A stretch of 64,000 bases of DNA. Origin: Candidatus Dojkabacteria bacterium (GTDB lineage Bacteria; Patescibacteriota; Dojkabacteria; J137). Shown here piece by piece: positions 10,448-21,045 of this stretch; the stretch's first letter is position 1, and the number at the start of each line of letters is the position of its first letter. The notes below the pieces were generated by a model, which ran no database searches, was not told the origin of the DNA, and worked only from the letters and a program-made list of their open reading frames with translations. The stretch spans positions 101,645 to 165,644 of the forward strand of contig AP024679.1 in NCBI GenBank assembly GCA_025999215.1, written 5' to 3'. A program made the position numbers and the translations under genes.

Positions 10448-12829
10448 TTATTTTTGATCATTTTGAGGTTTTTCTATCTCAATGTTACCCTTGTTGTCGT
10501 ATTTTTGATTTACCCATTTGTTCAGTTTTTGAACAACAACATCCCTTGGTTTTGAATACTTAGCCCTAGATCTGTTCACAATCTGCTCACTTAAATTGTA
10601 GTAAACGTATCTTGGTGCTAAAGAAATTCCAGTAAAAGGTTTGGATTGTGAGCCATCGATAGTCATTTTACTTGCAAACCTAAAACGCTCTAAATTTACA
10701 ATATCCTCTTGAGTTAAATATGGCGAATATTCCTTAGCTAATCTTTCTGCATCTTTTGGACCCACTACAAAATTAACCAATGTCCCAACATTTCCAAAAA
10801 TTGCGTCTTGAATTCCTTCAGAAAGCTGATCGATATATTGATGCGCAACAATTAGATTTAAGCCATATTTTCTTGCTTCAGACAAAATTTTAATGAAAGT
10901 ATCCGTAGCAAAGTTTTGAAATTCATCAACATAGAGGTAAAAATCTCGTCTTTCGCTTTCAGGAATTTTTGCTCTCTGCATAGCATTTGAATAAAGCCTT
11001 GTAATGATCATGGCACCAAGTAAACTAGAATTTTCTTCTCCAATTTTTCCTTGTGAAAGATTTACAAGTACAATTTTTCCTGAATTCATTGCATGTTGCA
11101 AATCAACGGCTGATGTTACTTGTCCCATCATGTTTCTAACCATAGGAGAACCCAAAAACCTACCAACCTTGTTTTGTATCGGTGCTATAGCTTCAGTAAT
11201 TAACCTTGGATTTTTGGCCATTTGATCAAATTCTTCTATCCAAAACTTTTTAACAAATGGATCTTTAACTTGTTTAAGCAAAAATTTTCTGTAATTTTTA
11301 TCTACTAAAATTCGCTGAACAGCAAGCAAAGAAACATTTTGACAATGTAGCAGGGTATAAATTGTATTTGAAAGAATGTGCTGCAACCTTGGTCCCCAAG
11401 AGTCTTCAAAAAATTTTTTAAAAACTGCAACTATACCATCTGCCAACAATTCAAGGGATTCTTCGCTTTTGGCATCAAGCATGTTAAAAGCAATAGGAAA
11501 TTCAACGTCTGAGGGATCTATGTAGATTACATCTTCAACTCTGTGCTGAGGAATTAAGTTTAAAATTTCTTCAACAGCATCGCCATGAGGATCAATAAAT
11601 GCCAACCCTTCACCATCCAAAATGTCACCAGCAACCATGTTTTTTAACAAAACTGATTTACCAGCTCCTGTTTTTCCAATGACATACATGTGCCTTCTTC
11701 TATCCATTTTTTTAATACCAAATGGAAAGTGTTGACCTCTGTAATCTGTTAATCCAAAAAGCCTACCTTCATTGATTGGTAAATTTTGGGGTATCTCAAG
11801 CTTTCTGGATTTAACCCATGAGATTGTGGGTGTTTGAACATTTTTGGTAGGTAAATGATAAATTGATGCTATCTCTTCTGTGTTTAAAATTCCTTTTTCT
11901 TTACTTGATAAAAATCTTTCCCTAAAATTTTTAATTTTTAACATTTTTTGTTTTCCTTGATTTTCAAAAAAGAAACTTAAAATTCTCTTAAAAAAGTTTT
12001 TTTTGTCTGTTTTTTCTTTTAAACTATTTAACTGTGGGGCTTGAAATTGCTTAAATGTAGACATCAAGTTTTCTAAATTGGAATTTACAGTAACTTCATC
12101 CGGTCCCGCTGAGAGGAGCCTAATTACAAACTCAAAGCCAAGTTTGTTATTTTTTTTCTCAATTTCACTTATTTCTTGCGCTTCTGTAGATTCTAAACCT
12201 ACTTTGTTACCTTTTTCGTCTTTTTTATTTTTTAAATCAGAAATATATTTATTTCCTGTTGATTGCCATGTATTGTCTATTGGCCTTACTAACAACTGTA
12301 AAGCAACTATTGATTGAGTAGATAGCTTTGATAGCGATGCAGTTATAGATGCAAGTGGATCTACTTCAAAATTTGAAAAGGTTTTTATTGGAAGATAAAA
12401 AGGTTTACTCAAAGTCAATTCTTTGATTTGGATTTGAGGATAATTTAGGTTTTCAGCATAATCTTTCACAACAGTGATTTGAGCATCAGGATATTGTGCA
12501 TAAATTTGGTTTTCAATGAATTGAAGATATTGAGAATTAAAAGCCATTAAAAAAAATACACCTGTAGAATGCGCAAAAATTTCAAAACTTAAGTGATCAA
12601 AAGCTTTGGGTTTGTTTTTGAGAATTCCGTGCAATGCTTGGTACAATATTTCTGCAGATTCTGGACCTTTTTCGTTATTCTGAGGTACAGTTATTTTAAT
12701 TAACATTTTATTGGCTATTACTTCGCTTACTTCATTTTTGGCCGATCTCTTTCTTGCGGAATAAACCGCTAATAAAAGGATTAAAAAAAGTAGAATAACA
12801 ACAAAAAAAGCTATAGCGATTACATTCAT
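10448..12829 (-). CDS. membrane-anchored P-loop ATPase, TraG/VirD4 (type IV coupling protein)-like or FtsK/HerA-like
   Basis: 793 aa. N-terminal TM helix, Walker A YVIGKTGAGKS followed by IDPHGD, and Walker B LYVDEFQNF. Confidence 0.5.
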   Translation of the reverse strand: MNVIAIAFFVVILLFLILLLAVYSARKRSAKNEVSEVIANKMLIKITVPQNNEKGPESAEILYQALHGILKNKPKAFDHLSFEIFAHSTGVFFLMAFNSQYLQFIENQIYAQYPDAQITVVKDYAENLNYPQIQIKELTLSKPFYLPIKTFSNFEVDPLASITASLSKLSTQSIVALQLLVRPIDNTWQSTGNKYISDLKNKKDEKGNKVGLESTEAQEISEIEKKNNKLGFEFVIRLLSAGPDEVTVNSNLENLMSTFKQFQAPQLNSLKEKTDKKNFFKRILSFFFENQGKQKMLKIKNFRERFLSSKEKGILNTEEIASIYHLPTKNVQTPTISWVKSRKLEIPQNLPINEGRLFGLTDYRGQHFPFGIKKMDRRRHMYVIGKTGAGKSVLLKNMVAGDILDGEGLAFIDPHGDAVEEILNLIPQHRVEDVIYIDPSDVEFPIAFNMLDAKSEESLELLADGIVAVFKKFFEDSWGPRLQHILSNTIYTLLHCQNVSLLAVQRILVDKNYRKFLLKQVKDPFVKKFWIEEFDQMAKNPRLITEAIAPIQNKVGRFLGSPMVRNMMGQVTSAVDLQHAMNSGKIVLVNLSQGKIGEENSSLLGAMIITRLYSNAMQRAKIPESERRDFYLYVDEFQNFATDTFIKILSEARKYGLNLIVAHQYIDQLSEGIQDAIFGNVGTLVNFVVGPKDAERLAKEYSPYLTQEDIVNLERFRFASKMTIDGSQSKPFTGISLAPRYVYYNLSEQIVNRSRAKYSKPRDVVVQKLNKWVNQKYDNKGNIEIEKPQNDQK

Positions 12830-12942
12830 AATTACAGTTTACAATGAATTAAAAATAATTTTAAGATGATCAGTCGACTTTTTGATTTAAAGTTAGATGT
12901 TGTATAATTAAGTAGTGAACTTTACTTATTAAAAATGAAAGT

Positions 12943-13623
12943 ATGATTTTTGATCCTTTGTGGTTACTTTTTACAGTTCCGGGCTTAATTATAGCATTGT
13001 TTGCTCAATTGTTTGTATGGTTTGCTTACAATAAGTATTCACGTGTAAAAGCAAACTCAAATTTAACGGGCGCGCAAGTGGCAGATTTAATTAACAATAA
13101 TGAAAACTTTGGGGTTGATCTCATGGTTAGCAATGGAAAACTTAACGATTATTTTAATCCTTTAACAAATAGAGTAAATATTTCTTCTGCCAATGCTGTG
13201 TCTGACTCTGTTGCATCAATTGCAGTTGTAGCTCATGAATTTGGACATGTTCAGCAAAAAGCTCAATCTTCAATGCTTTTTAGACTACGAACTTTAATTG
13301 CTCCATCGGTGGGTTTTGGAGCAAATGTTGGATATATCTTGATAATTTTAGGTTTGGCGCTATCAATAATTGATTTAGCTTGGATGGGTGTAATTTTATT
13401 TTCTCTTACAACAGTGTTTGCTTTCTTAACCTTACCAATAGAAATTGATGCAAGCAGGCGAGCGCTCAAGCTAATTCAAAAATATAATTTAATTCAAAGT
13501 GATTTGAGCGGTGCTCGAATTGTTCTCACAGCTGCAGCGCTTACTTATGTTGCTGGTTTGATTCAATCACTAGGTCAACTTTTGTATTTTGTGTTTTTGG
13601 TAAGTAGCAGGAGTAGAGAGTAA
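12943..13623 (+). CDS. membrane zinc metallopeptidase, YugP-like (HExxH)
   Basis: 226 aa. HEFGHVQQ zinc-binding motif flanked by TM helices. The size and topology are typical of the putative neutral zinc metallopeptidase family. Confidence 0.55.
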   Translation: MIFDPLWLLFTVPGLIIALFAQLFVWFAYNKYSRVKANSNLTGAQVADLINNNENFGVDLMVSNGKLNDYFNPLTNRVNISSANAVSDSVASIAVVAHEFGHVQQKAQSSMLFRLRTLIAPSVGFGANVGYILIILGLALSIIDLAWMGVILFSLTTVFAFLTLPIEIDASRRALKLIQKYNLIQSDLSGARIVLTAAALTYVAGLIQSLGQLLYFVFLVSSRSRE

Positions 13624-13742
13624 TTTACAAGTTTTAGAAAACTTTAACTTTCTATAATTTAGAATGTAGTAATTTTAGTAAGTTTTTAAAAGTTTTATAA
13701 GAATTGATAATTGATTAAGGATGGTTGCTGTATTTAAAAATT

Positions 13743-13771
13743 TTGACATCCTTCAACAATTATAGTTAAAT
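13743..13771 (+). promoter_or_regulatory. sigma70-like promoter for the 13792 gene
   Basis: TTGACA-17 nt-TTAAAT lies about 20 nt upstream of the ATG. An AAGGATG/CATCCTT 7-bp inverted repeat overlaps the -35 element. Confidence 0.35.
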
Positions 13772-13791
13772 AGAGTAGTTAGAAATTTAAA

Positions 13792-14991
13792 ATGGATCAA
13801 ATACTTAATACACTAAACGAACTGCTCCCAAAAATAAGAAGCTTGTTGGCTTACACTGACGAATTGCCTCAAAACTTTGATCAGGTGCTTCATGAAGTTG
13901 AAAAATCAAACCTCATGAATATTCTAAATAAGACTTTTCAAGAACTTAAAGGTAAGCAAGCCAGAATAGATTTTTTAGGTCAAATTTCAGCAGAAATCGA
14001 CAACCTTGATTTATATCCCGAAGATAAATATAACGGGAAGATGCTTATAGATGCTTTTGTAATCAATCATCCACTTTATTTCCCTGATAATCACCTGGGT
14101 ATATTTTCTATATCTTATTTTTTAATCCAAAAAGCAGACGCAATTGAAGATGGAAATTTTGCAAAGGATTACGGTTATAAATCTATTTTTGATTGCTTTA
14201 GTATTAAAACTAGTATTTGGGCTTCATATCTTTATAATCAAGTAATCAAAAAAGGAACATATTTCGAGGTAAAACCAGATTTGTTTTATATTGAAGTACC
14301 TAAAGAATCTAAACAAAGTTTGTATAATGAAAAAAGAGATGATGTGCTTATGCGCGATACTAATTTATTTTGGAACGTAAATTGGCTTTATGCAACAGAG
14401 TTTTACGATACTTTAGGAGAATTTAGCATTCCATATTACATATTTGGTATTGAGGAAGATAACAAATCAGAAAGCACAAAAATTTATCCTTACATGGTAC
14501 TTTCACTTTTATACCTATCGGTAGATAAAGAGTTACAGGAATCATCAGAAACAAAAAATGGACTGCCTTTCAATTTGAACTACTTGGTTACTGCAGATTT
14601 ATCTAGAAACAATAATTTTTTGAGCTGTTACTTGGATATTTTTACTTTAGCATATTTTAAAAATGAAGAAGATACCCAAAGTGAAATTTTGATTATGGAT
14701 TTCAAAACTAGGGCAAAGCATAATCCTAACTATTATACTGATTTAGAAATTTTTGTAAGATATCTACTAGCTAATACTGAAAATTTGCTAGAAATTTTAA
14801 GGCAAATTAACTTTAACTATAAAGAAGAAAGAGGAAAAGTAAATAAAAAAATACAAGAAGTTTGGGGCGATTTAAGTAAAAAATTAAATATCAAAGAAAA
14901 TTTTTCTGTTGAACAAAACGAGAAGCTTAAGAATGCTCTCATTAGGGCTTTTCTATATACTATTGAGTTGGAGGAGATGTTTTTGAAGTAG
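13792..14991 (+). CDS. hypothetical protein (first gene of giant-protein block)
   Basis: 399 aa. No signal peptide and no recognisable motif. Confidence 0.5.
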   Translation: MDQILNTLNELLPKIRSLLAYTDELPQNFDQVLHEVEKSNLMNILNKTFQELKGKQARIDFLGQISAEIDNLDLYPEDKYNGKMLIDAFVINHPLYFPDNHLGIFSISYFLIQKADAIEDGNFAKDYGYKSIFDCFSIKTSIWASYLYNQVIKKGTYFEVKPDLFYIEVPKESKQSLYNEKRDDVLMRDTNLFWNVNWLYATEFYDTLGEFSIPYYIFGIEEDNKSESTKIYPYMVLSLLYLSVDKELQESSETKNGLPFNLNYLVTADLSRNNNFLSCYLDIFTLAYFKNEEDTQSEILIMDFKTRAKHNPNYYTDLEIFVRYLLANTENLLEILRQINFNYKEERGKVNKKIQEVWGDLSKKLNIKENFSVEQNEKLKNALIRAFLYTIELEEMFLK

Positions 14992-15144
14992 ATTTTTATA
15001 TTGTTAGATTAATAATTTTTCAATCTTAAGTTTAGAGATGATTTCACCAAAATTCCGAATTTAACTAACTCTCCTTTTTTTTTGATTTAAAATGTAGTTT
15101 TGATATTATGTTGCCAAAGAATTTTATTTATAAAAAATTATTTT

Positions 15145-16098
15145 ATGGACAGCAACACGAACAACATAACGAAAAATTTAATCTTAGAATTTCTAAATAA
15201 TGAGTTATTTTCAAGTACTAATGGTGAAAATGCAGAGGAAAATCTACAAAAAATAAAACAAGGTATTCAGTCTGTTTTTGATAATGTTTTTAATAGTAAT
15301 TCTCAAATTTTTAAAAATTACCTCAATCAGATAATAAACTCTGTTAATAGTTCAGATGATACAGTCAAACGACAAATTTGGCTTGGTTTGAAATGTCTTT
15401 ACTCTTTTCAATTTGATCTAACACCCACAGAAAATGATAGTCCAATATTTTACTTTTCAATCTTAATCGAAACTTATGCTCCAGAATTTCAATCACTTTT
15501 TAAAAGTTTAGAAAGGAATATTATTGAACAAATTGACAACGAAGATTCTACATTTTTAGATATAATAATAGATTTTTGTAAAGTAACAGGCTTTTCAATT
15601 GGCGAATTTATACCTGAGCCGACTTCTAGTGTTATAGAAATGTCTGATGATTACACCTTTGAAAAAATAATTAAATTGTTTGAATTACTTCCAATTTCCT
15701 TAGAATACGATATAAATGTTGATATATTTGTTGCATCAATTTCAGAAAAAAGTTTAAACGAAATTTTTGATAGCATTTTCGATAATTATAATGTGCTTCA
15801 AAATTTTTTCTACAGTCTAATTAAAAAAGCTTTAAGAGAGTTAATAAACAACAAAGCTCACAAACCTTATATTAAATTTTTATTTTTTCTAGATAATTAT
15901 GGAGTTCACTTGATAGGCAGCGATGATAATTCTAAAAATTTACTTAATAAAAAACAAAATGAAATAAATGGTGAGATTTATTATGAAGATCCTGATAGTT
16001 TATCTATGTTTTTATGGTTGGCAAATAAATGTGAAGAAGATGTTAAGAATTTTTCTTTAATCATTTACACATCTGTTGTTGGTAAAGATTTTTTGTAA
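15145..16098 (+). CDS. hypothetical protein, paralog A of a duplicated 317-aa gene
   Basis: The ATG at 15145 matches the start of the second copy. The track ORF begins at an upstream TTG at 15100. Residues 1-204 are identical to paralog B and the C-terminus is diverged. Confidence 0.55.
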   Translation: MDSNTNNITKNLILEFLNNELFSSTNGENAEENLQKIKQGIQSVFDNVFNSNSQIFKNYLNQIINSVNSSDDTVKRQIWLGLKCLYSFQFDLTPTENDSPIFYFSILIETYAPEFQSLFKSLERNIIEQIDNEDSTFLDIIIDFCKVTGFSIGEFIPEPTSSVIEMSDDYTFEKIIKLFELLPISLEYDINVDIFVASISEKSLNEIFDSIFDNYNVLQNFFYSLIKKALRELINNKAHKPYIKFLFFLDNYGVHLIGSDDNSKNLLNKKQNEINGEIYYEDPDSLSMFLWLANKCEEDVKNFSLIIYTSVVGKDFL

Positions 16099-16370
16099 GT
16101 AAAATTTAAATATGAATATTTGTTATTAAAGAATTTTTTGACAATTGTTACAACTTATTATTGATTAAGTTTGAATCTTCTCTAACGCTAAAAAACAAGT
16201 GAAATTACGGGGATTTTATTATATCAGTAAATACTCTTCAAATATTAAAAACTATATTTTATTCGATAGTTCAAGAAAATTTTTGAGTATATTATTAGAT
16301 TTTTACAAATTAAGATTTTTTCTTTATTAAGAATTTTGAGCATGAAATACAAAATCAAAGGATATTTTGT

Positions 16371-16399
16371 TTGACAAATAAAAATGGAAAAAGTATACT
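16371..16399 (+). promoter_or_regulatory. near-consensus sigma70 promoter for the 1032-aa gene
   Basis: TTGACA-17 nt-TATACT ends about 30 nt upstream of the ATG at 16430. Confidence 0.4.
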
Positions 16400-16429
16400 T
16401 TGATAAATTTAGTTTTTAAATAGATAACA

Positions 16430-19400
16430 ATGGCTGAAAAAATGTCACAAAGTTCAGATACTACGCCAAACAATCTCCAAAAAGGGGAGAGTTCTGTAAG
16501 AGGACAAGAACGAACAGATCCGGCAAAAAGAATGGAAGAAATAAGCTCTGAAACCCATAATAAAGTTAATAATAGACAAGATGAAGAAGAACAGCATGAT
16601 GAAGGCGATAAACTACCAGAAGAGATATTATTAAGCGTTCAAAATTTGTTGAACCTCTTAAAAGGTGAGTACGAAGCTATATCTGGACAAAGTTTTAATG
16701 ATGAACAAAGTAGAGAAAATGCTGTTGTAGAAAGCATAAGTAATGATAAGGGCAAAATGTCTCAATTTGTCCAAGGCCTTAAAAGTCTAGAATTATTGCT
16801 AAAGGATAATATCTATCTATTACATTCAAACTCAAAAAGTATAAAATTAGAAGATTTGTTGAATGAGATGAATTTGTACATCCTTAGAGATGTTAAAATT
16901 CAAAATGGGGGTAAGTTTTTTCGAAAAAATAGAAATCTTGAAGAAGGTTATAGTGCTTTCTATCTATTACTAGATAAAGCTATAAATCAAAATGAGATAT
17001 CTTCCGAAACTTACTCAGCAATGTATACAAAATTACCTAAGCTTATAGAATGGTTGTATACAAAAGACAGAGCTTCATCCGAACAAGAAAAACCAAGCAA
17101 TATTTTTGAGGTTATTGAAAATTTTAGTGAAAATTTTTCAAGTTTTGACACTATTGACAGTGATGAGTTATCAAGTACACTTTCTGTTATGTTTAATTAT
17201 CTAAAAACTTCAATTAGCAGTTTAGATTTTGAAACGTTAGTAGAGAGTAAAGAAAAAGATCTAAAGAAATTGTATGAGCAAACAAAAACTCGAGGCATAG
17301 GCTTTATAGTTTTGCCATTTAAAGTTTTAAGTTTATTCAGGAAAAATTCACGGTTCTTCGCACTTGGTTTAAGTTATGAACAAGAACAAAAAATTATTTA
17401 CATTTTAAACTTTCTTGAAGAAATCATAACAACATATTTTAAAAAAAATTTTGGATTATATCAACCTAGTGAATTTAGGGAAAAATTTTATATATACAAA
17501 AACACACAAGAACAAAATCAAATTAATAAATATTTAAATGATAATAAATTTGTTTCAACTTTGTTTTGGTTTAGAATTTTTGAAGACGAATCTTATTCAT
17601 TAAATTCCAATTACTGGGAAATTATTGATAGTGCATTAAATTCTTACTTAACACCTAAAAAAAACAGAAGATTTTTTTTAAGAAGAAAGTCTGCTCCAAA
17701 AATTGGAGATTTTGAGGGATTATTTACAAACCCTAGGATTAGGGGTATGTTTGATATTTTTTCAAAGTCCCTGGATCTTTCTTACTCTAATGAAGAAGCT
17801 TCTACTATTTCAAACAAGATAAAAGATACACGTGAATTTTTTAATTATCTGTGCCATTGTGTCAAAGAAAGTTCTGGATCAGGGCTTAGTTTTGATAAAT
17901 TATTATCAGCAAGTTTTGATGAAATAATGGGTTTTGAATTAGATGCAGACATTTATACGTTACTTGAGGTAGCTGAAGATAACTTATACATTATTTTTAG
18001 AAGATTTGTAGAAAACATGAATTCGGGTTTTCAAAATGGTCAAGAAGTAGAAAGTAAATTTGCAGAATTAACTGAAATTGCAAATATGATGGAAGTATTA
18101 ATTAAAATGCTATATATATATGCTAATCAATCTAATAAATTAGAGGTTGTAAAAGAATGTGAATTAAAAATGAATGGTTTATTAGAAGGTTTTAAACAAT
18201 GGTTAACTAGTCCCTATAACAAATTATATTTTCTTCTTGCTATAGAAAATCCAGACCAGATAAAATCTTATGAAAATCCTGAAATTATTTTAAATTCTAT
18301 AGGAATTTTTAACGAGATTAGAAAAAGGTTATCAAGCTCTGAGCTTTATTCAACTAATGATACTGAAGATGTAATTAGAAGAAAGGATTATGTAGAGGCC
18401 ATAAATGAAAATTCTGTTTTTGTTAAAAATAAGCTTAAAGAATTAGCTGATCTGCTGCTTTTTATCAACAAAAATAAAAAACTTAACCCAGATATTCTGT
18501 ATAATTCACTAAAGTGGATGTCATTAATTTTTGATTCATTTGTTAGTAGTGAAAATTTTGATTATAACTATAACTTTAATTCCTTGTTTGATACAATTTG
18601 TAAAAAGCTCGAAATTCAAGAAACCCCTGAATATGCTGCATTGAGATTAGTTTTTAATTTATATCTTATTGAAAAAATTTCAAAAGAAAATAATTATAAT
18701 ACTATCAGCAATCCTGGAAGTTTTGAATTAGTCAATAATCCTTTTAATTATTTTAGACTAGCGTATAATGTTGCATCTAGTGTCTGGTACAGAAATGGTA
18801 AACCACATCTAACTCAAACAGATAAAGCGTATCTTTGTATTCTTCTCACACGTTTAGATAGTCAAACACATGGGAACGTGTCACTCTTATCCGAAAGTGT
18901 TATTAATGATAATAGTGAGGTTATGGAACAAATTAAAAATTTTAAAAGTGTGTTTAATTCATATAATGATAATGATAGAAAACTTATAGATCATCTACTC
19001 AGATATCAAGATGAAACTATACCTGATAATTTCTCGAGAGCTGGTATGTTTTTAATATTTCTACTTACAAGTAAAATTAAGCATTATTCCGTAATTATCG
19101 ATTCATTTTTTCTCGAGAAAATTGCATTGTTGTTAAAAATTCACCAAGAAGAAGCAAAACCAAATTCTGTTTTTAATCAATTAATAGATACAATTGGCGA
19201 TATAAAAAAATATCATTCTATCCTTAGATATTTTACTAATATAAATTCACTATTTTTTATAGTACCTAATGTTTCAGGGTTATCAGATAAAGATACTAAA
19301 CGAGTTAAATTGTTAGAATTTTTACGAAGGGTTAATAAATCTGAAAGTTATGATGATTTAGTTAATGATGATAAATCTGCAATTTCAAAAGCTGTATCCA

Positions 19401-19528
19401 TGTCTGGTTTGCAAGGTATCTTAAACATACAAGAAGAAGATGCTAAAGCTTTGGCATATCAAATTTTAAAGTTTATTTCAACAAACTTACCAAGTATGAA
19501 TATGCAATTGCAACAACAAGTTCTTTGA
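16430..19528 (+). CDS. large hypothetical protein (1032 aa), acidic low-complexity N-terminus, no signal peptide
   Basis: A long uninterrupted ORF with no P-loop or other recognisable catalytic motif. Confidence 0.55.
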   Translation: MAEKMSQSSDTTPNNLQKGESSVRGQERTDPAKRMEEISSETHNKVNNRQDEEEQHDEGDKLPEEILLSVQNLLNLLKGEYEAISGQSFNDEQSRENAVVESISNDKGKMSQFVQGLKSLELLLKDNIYLLHSNSKSIKLEDLLNEMNLYILRDVKIQNGGKFFRKNRNLEEGYSAFYLLLDKAINQNEISSETYSAMYTKLPKLIEWLYTKDRASSEQEKPSNIFEVIENFSENFSSFDTIDSDELSSTLSVMFNYLKTSISSLDFETLVESKEKDLKKLYEQTKTRGIGFIVLPFKVLSLFRKNSRFFALGLSYEQEQKIIYILNFLEEIITTYFKKNFGLYQPSEFREKFYIYKNTQEQNQINKYLNDNKFVSTLFWFRIFEDESYSLNSNYWEIIDSALNSYLTPKKNRRFFLRRKSAPKIGDFEGLFTNPRIRGMFDIFSKSLDLSYSNEEASTISNKIKDTREFFNYLCHCVKESSGSGLSFDKLLSASFDEIMGFELDADIYTLLEVAEDNLYIIFRRFVENMNSGFQNGQEVESKFAELTEIANMMEVLIKMLYIYANQSNKLEVVKECELKMNGLLEGFKQWLTSPYNKLYFLLAIENPDQIKSYENPEIILNSIGIFNEIRKRLSSSELYSTNDTEDVIRRKDYVEAINENSVFVKNKLKELADLLLFINKNKKLNPDILYNSLKWMSLIFDSFVSSENFDYNYNFNSLFDTICKKLEIQETPEYAALRLVFNLYLIEKISKENNYNTISNPGSFELVNNPFNYFRLAYNVASSVWYRNGKPHLTQTDKAYLCILLTRLDSQTHGNVSLLSESVINDNSEVMEQIKNFKSVFNSYNDNDRKLIDHLLRYQDETIPDNFSRAGMFLIFLLTSKIKHYSVIIDSFFLEKIALLLKIHQEEAKPNSVFNQLIDTIGDIKKYHSILRYFTNINSLFFIVPNVSGLSDKDTKRVKLLEFLRRVNKSESYDDLVNDDKSAISKAVSMSGLQGILNIQEEDAKALAYQILKFISTNLPSMNMQLQQQVL

Positions 19529-19911
19529 AATGATATCTTCAGTATTGATCTTTAATGAATAAATATTTATATAAATTTTAAAGGCACTTTACGAAACTTA
19601 TATGTATTTAACTGCAGAAGGGGTACTAGAACTTCCTTATGCTAATGTTGATTATAACAGAGTTGATAGAGTGTTTATATTAAAATTAGAACAATCATTC
19701 GAAAATGAAAGCAAAAAAGAAAAACAAGGTCAAATAAATTGAGTGCGCAGTTCTTATGGTATTGAATGATTTAAATACGAATCATAGCTACATTTATGTA
19801 AACAGTTATTTTATCTTGTTTAATTTTAATTATAGGGGTTAAATTTTATGTAGCAAATGTAGATTTTGATATTATGTTGTTAAGTTATTTTATTTGTAAA
19901 AATTTAATATT

Positions 19912-20865
19912 ATGGACAGCAACACGAACAACATAACGAAAAATTTAATCTTAGAATTTCTAAATAATGAGTTATTTTCAAGTACTAATGGTGAAAATGC
20001 AGAGGAAAATCTACAAAAAATAAAACAAGGTATTCAGTCTGTTTTTGATAATGTTTTTAATAGTAATTCTCAAATTTTTAAAAATTACCTCAATCAGATA
20101 ATAAACTCTGTTAATAGTTCAGATGATACAGTCAAACGACAAATTTGGCTTGGTTTGAAATGTCTTTACTCTTTTCAATTTGATCTAACACCCACAGAAA
20201 ATGATAGTCCAATATTTTACTTTTCAATCTTAATCGAAACTTATGCTCCAGAATTTCAATCACTTTTTAAAAGTTTAGAAAGGAATATTATTGAACAAAT
20301 TGACAACGAAGATTCTACATTTTTAGATATAATAATAGATTTTTGTAAAGTAACAGGCTTTTCAATTGGCGAATTTATACCTGAGCCGACTTCTAGTGTT
20401 ATAGAAATGTCTGATGATTACACCTTTGAAAAAATAATTAAATTGTTTGAATTACTTCCAATTTCCTTAGAATACGATATAAATGTTGATATATTTGTTG
20501 CATCAATTTCTGAGAAAAGTTTTATAGAAATCTTTGGCAGTATTTTTGATAATGATAATGAGCTTCAAAATTTTTTCTACAGTCTAATTAAAAAAGCTTT
20601 AAAAGAGTTAATAAACGACAAAACTCACAAACCTTATATTAATTTTTTATTTTTTCTAGATAAATATGGAGTTCATTTAATAGGAAGTGATGATAAATCT
20701 AAAAATTCACTTAATAAAAAGCAAGATAAAATAAATGGTGAGATTTATTATGAAGATCCTGATAGTTTATCTATGTTTTTATGGTTGGCAAGTAAATGTA
20801 AAGAAGATGTTAAGAATTTTTCTTTAATCATTTACACATCAGTTATAGGTAAAGATTTTTTGTGA
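19912..20865 (+). CDS. hypothetical protein, paralog B of the duplicated 317-aa gene
   Basis: 317 aa. The 5' two-thirds and the upstream leader are nucleotide-identical to copy A. Confidence 0.55.
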   Translation: MDSNTNNITKNLILEFLNNELFSSTNGENAEENLQKIKQGIQSVFDNVFNSNSQIFKNYLNQIINSVNSSDDTVKRQIWLGLKCLYSFQFDLTPTENDSPIFYFSILIETYAPEFQSLFKSLERNIIEQIDNEDSTFLDIIIDFCKVTGFSIGEFIPEPTSSVIEMSDDYTFEKIIKLFELLPISLEYDINVDIFVASISEKSFIEIFGSIFDNDNELQNFFYSLIKKALKELINDKTHKPYINFLFFLDKYGVHLIGSDDKSKNSLNKKQDKINGEIYYEDPDSLSMFLWLASKCKEDVKNFSLIIYTSVIGKDFL

Positions 20866-21045
20866 ATGATATTACAAAAAACACACATTTGATAACAAAA
20901 TGATTTTTATGGTTTAGCTTTAGTGGTCTAAATTTAATAAGTTTAAATCTTTTAAGTTGATCTAACTTATTAGTGATCATTATCAGAACATTAATGTAAA
21001 ATTTTATTTATTTTTTTTAATCAATTGTAATGTTAAAATTAAAAT

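Noticed and set aside
19529-19911. 47-codon ATG-initiated small ORF (MYLTAEGVLELPYANVDYNRVDRVFILKLEQSFENESKKEKQGQIN) in the spacer before the second 317-aa paralog
   Set aside because: It is below the length threshold, has no conservation evidence and sits in AT-rich sequence. It was left uncalled as a possible small protein or remnant.
15090-20865. Direct repeats flanking the 1032-aa gene considered as a composite transposon or IS pair
   Set aside because: The repeated unit encodes a 317-aa protein with no transposase or integrase motif such as DDE, HTH plus catalytic triad, or a tyrosine recombinase. No terminal inverted repeats were seen. It was interpreted as a gene duplication.
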